This document shows positions 1 through 9,383 of a stretch of DNA of 64,000 nt, in pieces. The DNA comes from Anaerolineae bacterium (GTDB lineage: Bacteria > Chloroflexota > Anaerolineae > Anaerolineales > E44-bin32): contig DUET01000086.1 in assembly GCA_011192015.1 (NCBI GenBank), positions 18,026 to 82,025 on the forward strand. Reading direction: 5' to 3'. A model generated the notes under the pieces. That model made no database searches, was not told where the DNA came from, and saw nothing but the letters and a program-made list of their open reading frames with translations. Every line of letters begins with the position of its first letter. Within the stretch, counting starts at the first letter, position 1. The position numbers were made by a program, and so were the translations under genes.

Positions 1-44
1 TGACCACAAGCCAAGAGATACGGTTGATCAGGAAAGGCTAATCC

Positions 45-1331
45 ATGTCCAGCTTCCTCATTGAGGGGGGATACCCGCTTCAGGGCGAAATCGTGCCCTC
101 CGGCAACAAGAACGCGGCTGTCACGTTGCTACCGGCTTGCATCCTTTCAGCCGAACCTGTGATTCTGCACAACATCCCGGACATCGGTGATGTGCGCACG
201 TTCCGGCAGGTCTTGCAGAGCCTCGGGGTCGAGATCGAGGTGCTCGAGCCGAACTCTTGGCGCCTGCATGCACGCCAGATCAACCACGCAAACCTCGATC
301 CGGATCTGTGCCGTAAGATCCGAGCCTCGATCCTGCTTGCAGGACCGATGTTGGGACGGAGCGGCGGCATCGACATCCCACCCCCTGGCGGCGATGTCAT
401 CGGTCGGCGGCGGGTCGACACGCACCTGCTCGCCCTGGAAGCCCTGGGTGCAGAAACCGATTACGATGGGCGCATGTTTCACTTGCGCACACCGCGTGGG
501 CTCACAGGAGCCGACATCCTGCTCGATGAGGCCAGCGTCACAGCCACCGAAAACGCCATCATGGCCGCCGTCACGGCCAAGGGCAAGACGACCATCCGCA
601 ACGCCGCCTCCGAACCCCATGTTCAAGACCTGTGCCATTTCCTTAACCACCTGGGGGCGCACATCACCCATATCGGCTCCAATACGCTGCAGATCGAGGG
701 AGTGGAAGCCTTGCACGGCGGGGAGTACCGCATCGGAGCGGATTACCTCGAGGTCGTCAGCTTCATCGGTGCAGCTGTGGTGACCCGCAGCGAGATCCGC
801 ATCCGGAAGGCTTCCCCGGAGCATCTGGACATGATCCGGCTGACCCTCGCCCGCCTGGGCGTAACCTGGCAGGTCGAGGGGGAGGACATTCTCGTTCCCG
901 CCGAGCAAACCTTGGAGGTTCTTCCCGACGTTGGTGGAGCCATTCCCGAGATCAGCGTGATGCCGTGGCCGGCCTTCCCGACTGATCTGATGAGCATCGC
1001 CATCGTGATCGCCACCCAAGCCAACGGCACGGTACTCTTCCACGATTGGATGTACGAGGGTCGCATGTTCTTCATCGACAAACTGGTTTCGATGGGCGCG
1101 AGAGTGCTGCTTTGCGATCCTCACCGCTGTGTGGTCCAAGGCCCGACGAAGCTGGTGGGGGAAGTCCTCGAGAGCCCCGACATCCGTGCAGGATTGGCAC
1201 TGGTTCTCGCCGCGCTGGCTGCAGAGGGAACCTCTCGCATCCGCAACATCATCCAGATCGATCGCGGCTACGAGAGAATCGATGAAAAGCTCCGCAAGTT
1301 GGGGGCACACATCGAACGTGTGGACGATTGA
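45..1331 (+). CDS. murA: UDP-N-acetylglucosamine 1-carboxyvinyltransferase
   Basis: 428 aa ORF with an ATG at 45 preceded by GGAAAGG. The full-length translation has a typical MurA/EPSP-synthase-fold sequence (LIEGGYPLQGEI..SGNKNAA, DRGYERIDEKLRKLGA). Confidence 0.95.
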   Translation: MSSFLIEGGYPLQGEIVPSGNKNAAVTLLPACILSAEPVILHNIPDIGDVRTFRQVLQSLGVEIEVLEPNSWRLHARQINHANLDPDLCRKIRASILLAGPMLGRSGGIDIPPPGGDVIGRRRVDTHLLALEALGAETDYDGRMFHLRTPRGLTGADILLDEASVTATENAIMAAVTAKGKTTIRNAASEPHVQDLCHFLNHLGAHITHIGSNTLQIEGVEALHGGEYRIGADYLEVVSFIGAAVVTRSEIRIRKASPEHLDMIRLTLARLGVTWQVEGEDILVPAEQTLEVLPDVGGAIPEISVMPWPAFPTDLMSIAIVIATQANGTVLFHDWMYEGRMFFIDKLVSMGARVLLCDPHRCVVQGPTKLVGEVLESPDIRAGLALVLAALAAEGTSRIRNIIQIDRGYERIDEKLRKLGAHIERVDD

Positions 1332-1352
1332 CCCTGACAATCCATATACCAA

Positions 1353-1381
1353 TTGACCCTGCTAGGTGCTTGCGGTATAAT
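1353..1381 (+). promoter_or_regulatory. sigma70-type promoter for rpmH (-35 TTGACC, 17-nt spacer, -10 TATAAT)
   Basis: TTGACC at 1353-1358 and TATAAT at 1376-1381, 40 nt upstream of the rpmH ATG. The same TTGACCCTG string recurs at the tRNA-Glu promoter. Confidence 0.55.
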
Positions 1382-1420
1382 CCAGCGGTTCTGATCCTGA
1401 GTCAACGAAAAGGGTAATCG

Positions 1421-1597
1421 ATGCCAAAGCGCACCTATCAGCCAAAGAAACGACGTCGGGTCCGCGTGCACGGCTTCCGGGCCCGCATGGCGACGCGCGG
1501 CGGCCGAGCAGTGATCAAACGAAGACGCGCCAAAGGCCGCAAACGCATCGCAGTACGGATGAACGATCACGTCAAGAAGATCAATTGGAAGGTGTAG
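1421..1597 (+). CDS. rpmH: 50S ribosomal protein L34
   Basis: Not in the ORF track because it is under 60 aa. My hand translation is [45 protein letters not shown]..., the canonical L34 sequence. It reads 58 codons to the TAG at 1595-1597 and so carries a short C-terminal extension. Confidence 0.9.
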   Translation: MPKRTYQPKKRRRVRVHGFRARMATRGGRAVIKRRRAKGRKRIAVRMNDHVKKINWKV

Positions 1598-1692
1598 CGA
1601 ACGCCGGCTGCGGCCTCCATTGGAAGGTCGCATCGCTGCCGACGGCTACACACGATCCGGAGGTAGGCAGAGCGAGACGGCCGGCTGGAACC

Positions 1693-2037
1693 ATGGAGCG
1701 CAAACACCGGCTCACCAGATCGATTGACTTCAAGCGGGTGCGGCGTACGGGAAGGTCCCTTGCCCACCCGCTAGCTGTTCTGGTCTACCTGCCCAATGAT
1801 CGTGGAACCACACGCATCGGTATCTCGGCAGCCAGATCGCTTGGAAACGCGGTGCAGCGGAACCGTGCCAAACGCCGATTGCGCGAGGCGCTGCGAGCAT
1901 GCCTTCCTGAGATCGCCGGAGGCTGGGACATCGTCGTGATCGCCCGGCCCGAAATCGTGAACGCCGAGTGGTCCCGTGTTCGCAATGGGATACGGAAACT
2001 GCTCAAACAGTCGGATTTATGGATTGAAGAGAACTGA
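1693..2037 (+). CDS. rnpA: ribonuclease P protein component
   Basis: From the internal ATG at 1693 the product reads [20 protein letters not shown]...[15 protein letters not shown], which includes the RNase P protein RNR motif. It sits in the conserved position after rpmH. Confidence 0.9.
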   Translation: MERKHRLTRSIDFKRVRRTGRSLAHPLAVLVYLPNDRGTTRIGISAARSLGNAVQRNRAKRRLREALRACLPEIAGGWDIVVIARPEIVNAEWSRVRNGIRKLLKQSDLWIEEN

Positions 2038-2038
2038 A

Positions 2039-2326
2039 ATGAACGTCCAGGTCAAGCAAGATCAAAGCCATGATCCACAATTGCGAGATATCCCCCTCAC
2101 GTGGGGAAATCTTGCACGCTTGCCTGCCCTGGCGTTGATCCGCTTTTACCAGCAGACAATTTCCCGGGTTTTACCACCAGGAACGTGCCGCTTCACACCC
2201 ACCTGCTCCGAATACGGCTTCCAGGCGATTGCCAAATACGGATTGTTCAAGGGTGGGTTCATGGCGGTCATGCGCATCTTACGTTGCCAACCGTTCCATC
2301 CGGGTGGTTACGACCCGGTACCTTAG
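2039..2326 (+). CDS. yidD: membrane protein insertion efficiency factor YidD
   Basis: Contains the YidD signature FYQ..IS....CRF.PTCSEY..AI..G. The ATG at 2039 lies 2 nt after the rnpA stop. Confidence 0.9.
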   Translation: MNVQVKQDQSHDPQLRDIPLTWGNLARLPALALIRFYQQTISRVLPPGTCRFTPTCSEYGFQAIAKYGLFKGGFMAVMRILRCQPFHPGGYDPVP

Positions 2327-2333
2327 GAGACAC

Positions 2334-3440
2334 ATGCGGAAGAAACTTACAAACCTACGTTTGCCGGTTGCATTGCTGGCACTCGTGGTCGTTGGTTCGG
2401 TGCTGGCTGGATGCAGCGGGAGCCGAATCGGAGCCTCGAGTTGGCCCGGCATCACGGCTGATGAGGACACAGTCTACGTTGCCTTCAATCAGTCCGTCTA
2501 TGCCTTGAACATCCAAACCGGCAATCAGATCTGGTCCTTCCCATCCGAACCCGAAAGGACCCAGTTCTTCTACGCACCACCGGCTCTGACGACGGACGAT
2601 CAATTGATCGTCGGAGGCTATGACGGCATCGTCTATGTGCTCGATGCCAATACGGGAAACTTGATTTGGCAGTTTACAGAAACCGAGGGGCGGATCGAAA
2701 ATGGACAAGCTCGCATCATCGGGGGCCCGGTCGTGGATGGCGATCGAGTCTATGTCGCCTCAACCGATGGCAATTTGTACGCCATTGGGCTGACCTCGCA
2801 GAGCCTGGATTGGACGTTCGAAACGGAAGATACCCTCTGGGCATCCCCCTTGATTTCCGAGAACACCGTCTACTTGGCAGCGCTGAACCAGACGATCTAC
2901 GCACTGGATCGGGAGACCGGTGATCTGCTCTGGAGCGAGCAGCTTGGTGGCGCCATTACCGACGCACCGGTCCTCACAGATGGGCATCTCCTGGTAGGCA
3001 CGTTTGGTGAGGGACTGCAAGCTCTCGAAAGCGCCAACGGTTCCCTGTTGTGGCGCTTCGAAACCATCGGCTGGGTCTGGGGAAGCCCGATGATCGACGA
3101 GGGCGTGGTTTATTTTGCGGACGTAACAGGAATGGTTTACGCTGCAGATCTGGAAACCGGCGACGAAATTTGGCGTCTCCAGCCTGACGGCCCGATCACG
3201 GCATCACCGGTGATCGATGGAGATCGTATCTTTATCTGCACTTCGGAAGGCGTATTCGCGCGTCAGGCTGCGAACGGCAATCCGATCTGGCAAATCGATG
3301 TTGGTGGACGCGCGCTCTCACGCCCGTTGGTTGTAGACGACACACTGCTCATCGCGACCATTGAGTCGGATCATCCGATCAGCGCGTACAATGCCGAAAG
3401 TGGCGCACGCCGCTGGCCAACTCCATCAGCAGTGGAATAA
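2334..3440 (+). CDS. PQQ-like (BamB-like) beta-propeller repeat lipoprotein
   Basis: AGGAGA RBS and ATG at 2334. The signal peptide ends in the canonical lipobox LAGC. Repeated motifs (VYV....G.LYALD..TG...W) are typical of PQQ/BamB-type propeller blades. Confidence 0.8.
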   Translation: MRKKLTNLRLPVALLALVVVGSVLAGCSGSRIGASSWPGITADEDTVYVAFNQSVYALNIQTGNQIWSFPSEPERTQFFYAPPALTTDDQLIVGGYDGIVYVLDANTGNLIWQFTETEGRIENGQARIIGGPVVDGDRVYVASTDGNLYAIGLTSQSLDWTFETEDTLWASPLISENTVYLAALNQTIYALDRETGDLLWSEQLGGAITDAPVLTDGHLLVGTFGEGLQALESANGSLLWRFETIGWVWGSPMIDEGVVYFADVTGMVYAADLETGDEIWRLQPDGPITASPVIDGDRIFICTSEGVFARQAANGNPIWQIDVGGRALSRPLVVDDTLLIATIESDHPISAYNAESGARRWPTPSAVE

Positions 3441-3450
3441 GGATAACAAT

Positions 3451-4212
3451 ATGTGGGATCTACTGATCCTTAACCCGATGATCAATGCTCTGCTTTTGAT
3501 CTATGACTTCCTTGGTGATAACTTTGGAGTGGCGATCATCATTTTCACAGCCCTGATCCGGCTGATCACGTTCCCGCTCACGTACAGACAGCAAGTGGGC
3601 ACCCAGAAGATGCAGGAGTTGCAGAAATCCAAGCGCTGGCAGGATGTTCAGAAGAAATACGCCAAGGACAAGCAGAAACTGCAAGAGGAAACCCTGAAGC
3701 TCTATCAGGAAGCCGGCATCAATCCACTCAGCGGGTGCTTGCCGCTGCTCATACAGCTTCCGATCATCTTCGGCCTCTACCAGGCGATCATCCAAGCACT
3801 GGCGGATGCACCGCTGCAGCTGTTGGAGTTCAGCAAACACATCTACGGCTTTGTCTCCAGCACACTCATTCCGCTTAACAGCCAATTCCTGTGGATGGAT
3901 CTTGGCCAGCCGGAACGTCTCGAACTGGAATTCCTTCCTGGAATCGGCATCCCTGTGCTCACCATCCTGGTGGTCATCACCTCTTGGATCCAAACCAAGC
4001 TCACAACGCCTCCTTCACCGGAAGGCCAGGGCGGGCAGATGAGCCAGATGATGACCATCTACTCACCGCTCCTGATGGGGTACCTTGCTTATACCTTCGC
4101 AGCAGGCTTGGCGCTGTATTTCCTGGTCTCCAACCTGCTGGGCATCGTCCAATACGCCGCTACCGGCCGCATCAATTGGCGTAATCTGATACCCTTTCGC
4201 AAACAAGAGTAG
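3451..4212 (+). CDS. yidC: membrane protein insertase YidC (short, Oxa1/SpoIIIJ-like form)
   Basis: Starts at MWDLLILNPMINALL. It has multiple TM segments and the motifs GINPLSGCLPLLIQLPI and LALYFLVSNL. It is in the conserved position before jag. Confidence 0.9.
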   Translation: MWDLLILNPMINALLLIYDFLGDNFGVAIIIFTALIRLITFPLTYRQQVGTQKMQELQKSKRWQDVQKKYAKDKQKLQEETLKLYQEAGINPLSGCLPLLIQLPIIFGLYQAIIQALADAPLQLLEFSKHIYGFVSSTLIPLNSQFLWMDLGQPERLELEFLPGIGIPVLTILVVITSWIQTKLTTPPSPEGQGGQMSQMMTIYSPLLMGYLAYTFAAGLALYFLVSNLLGIVQYAATGRINWRNLIPFRKQE

Positions 4213-4242
4213 TAGTGGGCAGTAAGAAACCGGGGTAATCGT

Positions 4243-4965
4243 ATGTCCGATTTGAGGACCAGTTTGGAAATCATCGCGCCGAGCATCGAAGAAGCTCTCC
4301 GCCGCGGTTCCAATGAACTCGGCCTCCCGGAGAATGCATTCGATGTCGAGGTGTTGGATCAGGGAAGCAAGGGCTTGTTCGGATTGGGTTCACGCCAATT
4401 GCGCGTGCGCTTGACCGTCAAACAACCGCAGTCCATCGAAGAAACCACCGCTCCAAGTGCGGAAGCCCGCCTGCCTACCTCGGAGGAAGACGAGGAGGCA
4501 CTGCGGATCACGAAGGACACGGTAGCCGAACTCTTGCTTCGCATGGGCATGCAGGCAGAAATCCAGGCTCATTGGGGGGAGGCTACAACGCCGAGTGGGA
4601 TCCGTCCGCTGCTGATCGATGTTCACGGCAAGGATTTGAGCATCCTGATCGGACGGCGAGGAGAAACGCTTTCGGCCCTGCAATACATCACACGCCTGAT
4701 CGTGGGGAAGGAACTCCGCAAACCCATCGCCGTGGTCATCGATGTCGAAGGATACCGAGCTCGCCGCGAACAGCAACTTCGCCGCCTGGCACGACGCATG
4801 GCTCAACAAACCATCGAACGCGGGCGAACGATGTCGCTGGAACCCATGCCGGCCAACGAGAGGCGCATCATCCACATCGAGCTGCGCGATCACGAGCAGG
4901 TCATCACGGAGAGCGTTGGCGAAGGCGATAAGCGCAAGGTAACTATCATCCCGCGTGATCGCTGA
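4243..4965 (+). CDS. jag: Jag/KhpB-type RNA-binding protein (Jag_N, KH and R3H domains)
   Basis: The C-terminal R3H-type region (LEPMPANERRIIHIEL...SVGEGDKRKV) and the synteny after yidC support the call. Confidence 0.85.
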   Translation: MSDLRTSLEIIAPSIEEALRRGSNELGLPENAFDVEVLDQGSKGLFGLGSRQLRVRLTVKQPQSIEETTAPSAEARLPTSEEDEEALRITKDTVAELLLRMGMQAEIQAHWGEATTPSGIRPLLIDVHGKDLSILIGRRGETLSALQYITRLIVGKELRKPIAVVIDVEGYRARREQQLRRLARRMAQQTIERGRTMSLEPMPANERRIIHIELRDHEQVITESVGEGDKRKVTIIPRDR

Positions 4966-5002
4966 CCTTCCGGCCCCATTGCAGCAGAATCCGGTGGCAT
5001 GC

Positions 5003-5857
5003 ATGAGGAACGAACCCGGTCCCCATGGAGCGCCTGACTACCTCGTTGTAGGTCACGTGACAAAAGATCTGACCCCCTCCGGACCCGTTCTCGGCGGCAC
5101 CGCCGTCTACGCGGGTCTGACTGCCTTCATGCTGGGGATGCGAACATACGTCGTCACCTCCGCAGGTCCCGATATGGATCTGGATGCACTCTCGGAATTG
5201 GAAGTGAGCAAACTTCCCTCCGATATATCGACGACCTTTGAGAACATCTACACAGCAGGAAAGCGTTCGCAGATCTTGCATGCCCAAGCGCCGTCGATCG
5301 GATTGAATGCCATCCCCGAGGCCTGGCGATCCACCGACATTCTCCACCTGGCGCCTGTGGCCCGCGAAGTCGATCCAACGATGGTGGATGGATTATCCTT
5401 CAAGTTTCTGGGTATCACAGCGCAGGGATGGATGCGGGCATGGGATCGCAGGGGGCATATCCGCACTTGCATTTGGAACGATGGGACAAGCTTGCTACAA
5501 TCTGCGGGGGCTACGGTTATCAGCATCGAAGACGTTGCAGGTGATGAGGACATCATCAAGGGCATGGCACAGCGCAGCCGCCTGCTGGTTGTCACCACGG
5601 CCCGCCATGGATCTCGCGTGTATTGGCGAGGTGAGAGAAGGGATTTCACGACCCCCGAGGTTGATGAAATCGACAGCACAGGTTCGGGCGACATCTTTGC
5701 CGCTTGCTTCTTCTTTCACCTGCACCAAGCAGGCAACCCATGGAAAGCGGCGCACTTTGCCAATCGACTGGCCGCAACTTCGGTAACTCGTTATGGTCTT
5801 GAGAGCGTACCCACTGCCGAGGAAATTGAAACTGCGCTGAGGTCTGAGTATCCATGA
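5003..5857 (+). CDS. PfkB-family carbohydrate/nucleoside kinase
   Basis: Contains the PfkB signature DSTGSGDIFAA and an N-terminal VVGHVTKD..GG motif. The start is uncertain: ATG at 5003 or GTG at 4955. The stop overlaps the parA start (ATGA). Confidence 0.75.
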   Translation: MRNEPGPHGAPDYLVVGHVTKDLTPSGPVLGGTAVYAGLTAFMLGMRTYVVTSAGPDMDLDALSELEVSKLPSDISTTFENIYTAGKRSQILHAQAPSIGLNAIPEAWRSTDILHLAPVAREVDPTMVDGLSFKFLGITAQGWMRAWDRRGHIRTCIWNDGTSLLQSAGATVISIEDVAGDEDIIKGMAQRSRLLVVTTARHGSRVYWRGERRDFTTPEVDEIDSTGSGDIFAACFFFHLHQAGNPWKAAHFANRLAATSVTRYGLESVPTAEEIETALRSEYP

Positions 5858-6657
5858 CACGCATGTACCCGCTCGTCAATCAAAAAGGCGGCGTAGGCAA
5901 GACCACAACCGCCATTAACTTGGGAGCCTACTTGGCCAAGGAAGGGTTGCGCGTGCTGGTTGTGGACATCGATCCACAGGCCAACGCCACTTCGTGCCTG
6001 GGTGTGGATCAGTCCGAAGTCAACGGCGGCACCTACGATGCCATCATCGGCAGAGGAACAGCCAGCAGCTACATCCTGCACAATCCTGATTTGAAGCTCT
6101 CCCTGCTGCCCTCCTCTCCAGCGCTTGCCGGAGCTCAGGTGGAGCTTGTCGACATCAAACAGCGCGAGACTCTGCTGCGCAATGCCCTGAGCGAGATCGA
6201 TGGGCACTATGATTACATGCTCATCGACTGTCCGCCCTCCCTGGGATTGCTGACCCTCAACGGTCTGATGGCAGCCACGCACGGTGTGATCATCCCCGTG
6301 CAATGCGAATATCTTGCCCTGGAGGGTTTGACCCAATTGATGCGCACGCTGCGTCGTGTGCGCATGTCCCTCTATCCAGAACTCACCATCCGGGGGCTGC
6401 TGCTCACGATGTACGACACGCGCACCAACCTCTCGCGTGATGTGGTCGAGGAAGTGCGGCGTCACTTTCCCGATGAAGTCTTCCAGACGATCATTCCGAG
6501 GACGGTTCGCCTGGCGGAAGCCCCCTCCCACGGGATCCCGATTTCGATCTACGCTCCTTCCTCACCGGGCGCTATCGCATACAAGATGCTGGCACAGGAA
6601 CTGATTGCGGGGGATGGCAATCCCCAATCCATCGCCACAGCAAAGGCAGGGACATGA
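5854..6657 (+). CDS. parA: chromosome partitioning ATPase ParA/Soj
   Basis: Has the deviant Walker A NQKGGVGKTT and full-length ParA-like sequence. It lies directly upstream of parB. Confidence 0.92.
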   Translation: MTRMYPLVNQKGGVGKTTTAINLGAYLAKEGLRVLVVDIDPQANATSCLGVDQSEVNGGTYDAIIGRGTASSYILHNPDLKLSLLPSSPALAGAQVELVDIKQRETLLRNALSEIDGHYDYMLIDCPPSLGLLTLNGLMAATHGVIIPVQCEYLALEGLTQLMRTLRRVRMSLYPELTIRGLLLTMYDTRTNLSRDVVEEVRRHFPDEVFQTIIPRTVRLAEAPSHGIPISIYAPSSPGAIAYKMLAQELIAGDGNPQSIATAKAGT

Positions 6658-6658
6658 G

Positions 6659-7525
6659 ATGAGCCGAAAGAGTGGACTGGGAAAGGGCTTGGACGCGCTG
6701 ATCCCCACCAGCGAGGGGACGACGCTCGGCATGGATGTGTTGCAGGTTTCGGTGGACTTGATAAAACCCAATCCTCGCCAACCGCGCAGCACGATCCAAC
6801 CGGAATCCCTGAAAGAGCTCGCCGATTCGATCATCGAGCATGGTGTCATCCAACCCCTGGTGGTTTCCAGAGACGAGAACAAGCAGGAATACATCCTCGT
6901 CGCTGGAGATCGCCGCCTGCAAGCAGCCCGCCTGGCCGGGCTGAGGACCGTGCCCGTTCTGGTGCGCCAGACCACCGACCAGGAGCGCCTGGAGATGGCA
7001 CTCGTGGAAAATCTGCAGCGCATCGATCTCAACCCGCTCGAATCCGCGCAGGGCTATCAAATGCTCTCTGAAGATTTCGGCCTTTCGCATGAGGAAATTG
7101 CCAAGCGAGTCGGAAAAAACCGAACGACCGTAACCAACACCTTGCGGTTGCTCAAACTGTCGCAAGCGGTTCGCAACGCGCTGACCGAAGGCCTCATATC
7201 CGAAGGCCATGCACGCGCCATCCTGCCGCTGCCGTCTGCCAAATCCCAATCCGCAGCATTGCAGGCGATCCTGAATTCAGAACTCAATGTTCGTCAAACC
7301 GAAGCGCTCGTTCGTCGCCTCAGCGGTGAGCATCGCAAGGAAACGAAGCCGAGAAAACGATCCGCTGAAGAGATCGCACTCGAGGATCAACTGCGGGAAA
7401 GTTTGGGCACTCGTGTCACCCTCCGGCGTGGAAGCAAGGGCGGAAGCTTGATCATCCATTTCTACTCAGACGAAGAACTCAACGCGCTTGTCGATAAATT
7501 GCTTGGGGAAACTGCGGAGACATAG
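6659..7525 (+). CDS. parB: chromosome partitioning protein ParB/Spo0J
   Basis: The internal ATG at 6659 gives MSRKSGLGKGLDALIP. The ParB box (QPLVV...ILVAGDRRLQAA, ENLQRIDLNP) and an HTH region are present. Confidence 0.92.
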   Translation: MSRKSGLGKGLDALIPTSEGTTLGMDVLQVSVDLIKPNPRQPRSTIQPESLKELADSIIEHGVIQPLVVSRDENKQEYILVAGDRRLQAARLAGLRTVPVLVRQTTDQERLEMALVENLQRIDLNPLESAQGYQMLSEDFGLSHEEIAKRVGKNRTTVTNTLRLLKLSQAVRNALTEGLISEGHARAILPLPSAKSQSAALQAILNSELNVRQTEALVRRLSGEHRKETKPRKRSAEEIALEDQLRESLGTRVTLRRGSKGGSLIIHFYSDEELNALVDKLLGETAET

Positions 7526-7526
7526 C

Positions 7527-8594
7527 GTGCGATATTGGATCCTGGGCGCCGGTGCCGTGGGCAGCTACATTGGCGGCAGCCTCGCGCTCGCAGGTCAATC
7601 GGTTGTCTTCATCGATCGTCCCCAAGTCGTATCCATCCTGGCGCGTGAGGGGCTTCGCATCGAGCATGAGGACCAGGAAACACACCTGACGCAGCCTCAT
7701 GTAGCTGCATCGCTGGGCGAAGGGCTCTCGCATCAGAAACCCGATGTCATCGTACTCACCGTGAAGGCTTACAACTGCCAGGAAATCGCCCGGGATCTCA
7801 GCGCCGAAGCAGAGATCTCGGCTCCGATCGTGTGTGTACTGAATGGCATCGGAAACGAGGAGACGCTTGCCCAAGCGGTTGGGGAAGCTCGCGTCATCCC
7901 CGCCACGCTGACCTCCTCCATCCGCTGGATCGAACCAGGTCGGGTGCGATTGGAGCGTCGACGCGGCATGGGAATCGCCTCGGAACACCCCATCAGCAAA
8001 CGTCTTGCAAATGAACTGCATTCAGCGGGTCTCCACCCCGTGCTCTACGAATCCCCGCGGCGCATGAAGTGGTCCAAGGCGCTCACGAATCTCATTGCCA
8101 ATGCCACCTCCGCCATCCTCGGATGGGTTCCTGCGAGAATTGTGGCGCATAAGGGGCTCTACCGTCTGGAGATCGAGGCCATGCGCGAGGCCGTGCGGGT
8201 GATGCGCGCCCTGGGTGTGAAACCCCAGAATCTTCCCGATGTACCTGTGGAATGGATAGCCAGAGCCGTTTTCCTGCCACCGGCCCTCACCATGCCGCTC
8301 TTCGGCAAGGCGGTCATTTCCGGTCGTGGGGATAAACTGCCCTCCTTCTGCTACGACATCGGACGCAAGCGATCCGAGGCGCCATGGCTTTTTGGCGCCA
8401 TCGTCGCCGAGGGAGATCGGATGAAGGTCGAGACTCCCGCCAACGATGTGCTCCTGGACATACTCATGGGCTTGGTGGAGGATCGTTTGGACCCGGCTGA
8501 CTATCATGGGAATCCCGAACTACTGCTATTGCAAGCGCAAAACGCAGGAGTCCCGGGTATTCGAGGGTATAATCACCCCCGCAAAGCGGTTTGA
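7527..8594 (+). CDS. 2-dehydropantoate 2-reductase (ApbA/PanE) family oxidoreductase
   Basis: N-terminal Rossmann motif ILGAGAVGSYIGG and the KWSKALTNLIANA motif are typical of the ketopantoate reductase family. I propose the GTG start at 7527, just after the parB stop. Confidence 0.72.
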   Translation: MRYWILGAGAVGSYIGGSLALAGQSVVFIDRPQVVSILAREGLRIEHEDQETHLTQPHVAASLGEGLSHQKPDVIVLTVKAYNCQEIARDLSAEAEISAPIVCVLNGIGNEETLAQAVGEARVIPATLTSSIRWIEPGRVRLERRRGMGIASEHPISKRLANELHSAGLHPVLYESPRRMKWSKALTNLIANATSAILGWVPARIVAHKGLYRLEIEAMREAVRVMRALGVKPQNLPDVPVEWIARAVFLPPALTMPLFGKAVISGRGDKLPSFCYDIGRKRSEAPWLFGAIVAEGDRMKVETPANDVLLDILMGLVEDRLDPADYHGNPELLLLQAQNAGVPGIRGYNHPRKAV

Positions 8595-8624
8595 CGACGC
8601 CAAAGGAATGTGGAGGCATCTCCC

Positions 8625-9371
8625 ATGCAATTCGAAGACAAGATCGCGGTTGTCACTGGAGCCTCACGCGGCATCGGGCGCGCCGTGGCGTTGGAGCTCG
8701 GCCGTCAGGGGGCGAGTGTGGTTGTTAATTTCAACCACAGCGCTGCAGCCGCCGAGGAGGTCGTCAAAGCCATTCAAGAAGCCGGAGGCCAGGCTGTACC
8801 CTTCCAGGCAGATGTGAGCGATTTCTCGCAATGCGAAGCCTTGATCAAATTTCCCATCCAGCATTTCGGCGGACTACATATCTTGATCAACAACGCGGGC
8901 ATCACACGCGATGGGCTGATCATGATCGCCTCGGAACGCGATTGGGATGAGGTCATCGACACCAATCTGAAATCGACATTTGCCTGCTCGAAAGCGGCGG
9001 TGCGTCACATGATGCGCAAGCGTTATGGCCGCATCATCAACATCACTTCGGTTTCCGGAGTGATCGGGAATGCCGGGCAAACGAGCTACTCGGCTTCCAA
9101 AGCAGGCCAGATCGGTTTCACCAAGGCTCTTGCGCGGGAGGTGGCGCCGCGCAACATCACCGTCAATGCCGTCGCTGCCGGTTATTTCGAGACCGAGATC
9201 TGGGAAGGTGTGCCGGAAGACATCCGCGAAGGGCTGGCGGGGCTCATCCCTCTTGGAAGGAAGGGAGAGCCGGAGGAATTGGCTCGCGTGGTAGCCTTCC
9301 TGGCCTCGGATGATGCCGCCTACATCACAGGCCATGTGCTGACCGTCGACGGCGGCATGACGATGTCCTAG
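8625..9371 (+). CDS. fabG: 3-oxoacyl-[ACP] reductase (SDR family)
   Basis: Contains TGASRGIG, NNAGITRD and YSASKAG motifs. A GGAGG RBS sits 7 nt before the ATG at 8625. Confidence 0.85.
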   Translation: MQFEDKIAVVTGASRGIGRAVALELGRQGASVVVNFNHSAAAAEEVVKAIQEAGGQAVPFQADVSDFSQCEALIKFPIQHFGGLHILINNAGITRDGLIMIASERDWDEVIDTNLKSTFACSKAAVRHMMRKRYGRIINITSVSGVIGNAGQTSYSASKAGQIGFTKALAREVAPRNITVNAVAAGYFETEIWEGVPEDIREGLAGLIPLGRKGEPEELARVVAFLASDDAAYITGHVLTVDGGMTMS

Positions 9372-9383
9372 GAGCAATCCAAT

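Noticed and set aside
147-1352. Long antisense ORFs mirroring real genes. Examples are 147-1352(-), 24928-25950(-), 27102-28217(-), 28784-29725(+), 32210-33622(-), 42172-43557(+), 54269-55819(-), 60131-61117(-), 5791-6531(-) and 36490-37335(-).
   Set aside because: Each lies entirely opposite a gene with unmistakable family motifs (murA, dnaB, the loader, the FG-GAP protein, the beta-helix protein, the kinase, the acylase, the thiolase, parA, the corrinoid protein). Their translations are Arg/Gly/His/Asp-rich low-information sequences typical of the reverse frames of high-GC genes, and they lack RBS-supported starts.
1332-1420. Possible oriC or DnaA-box cluster next to rpmH, or in the jag-parAB region.
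   Set aside because: Reading the intergenic spacers, I found no clustered TTATCCACA/TGTGGATAA-like boxes. There were only isolated partial matches such as TGTGGATCA inside coding regions. The spacers are also short, and dnaA and dnaN are absent from the window.
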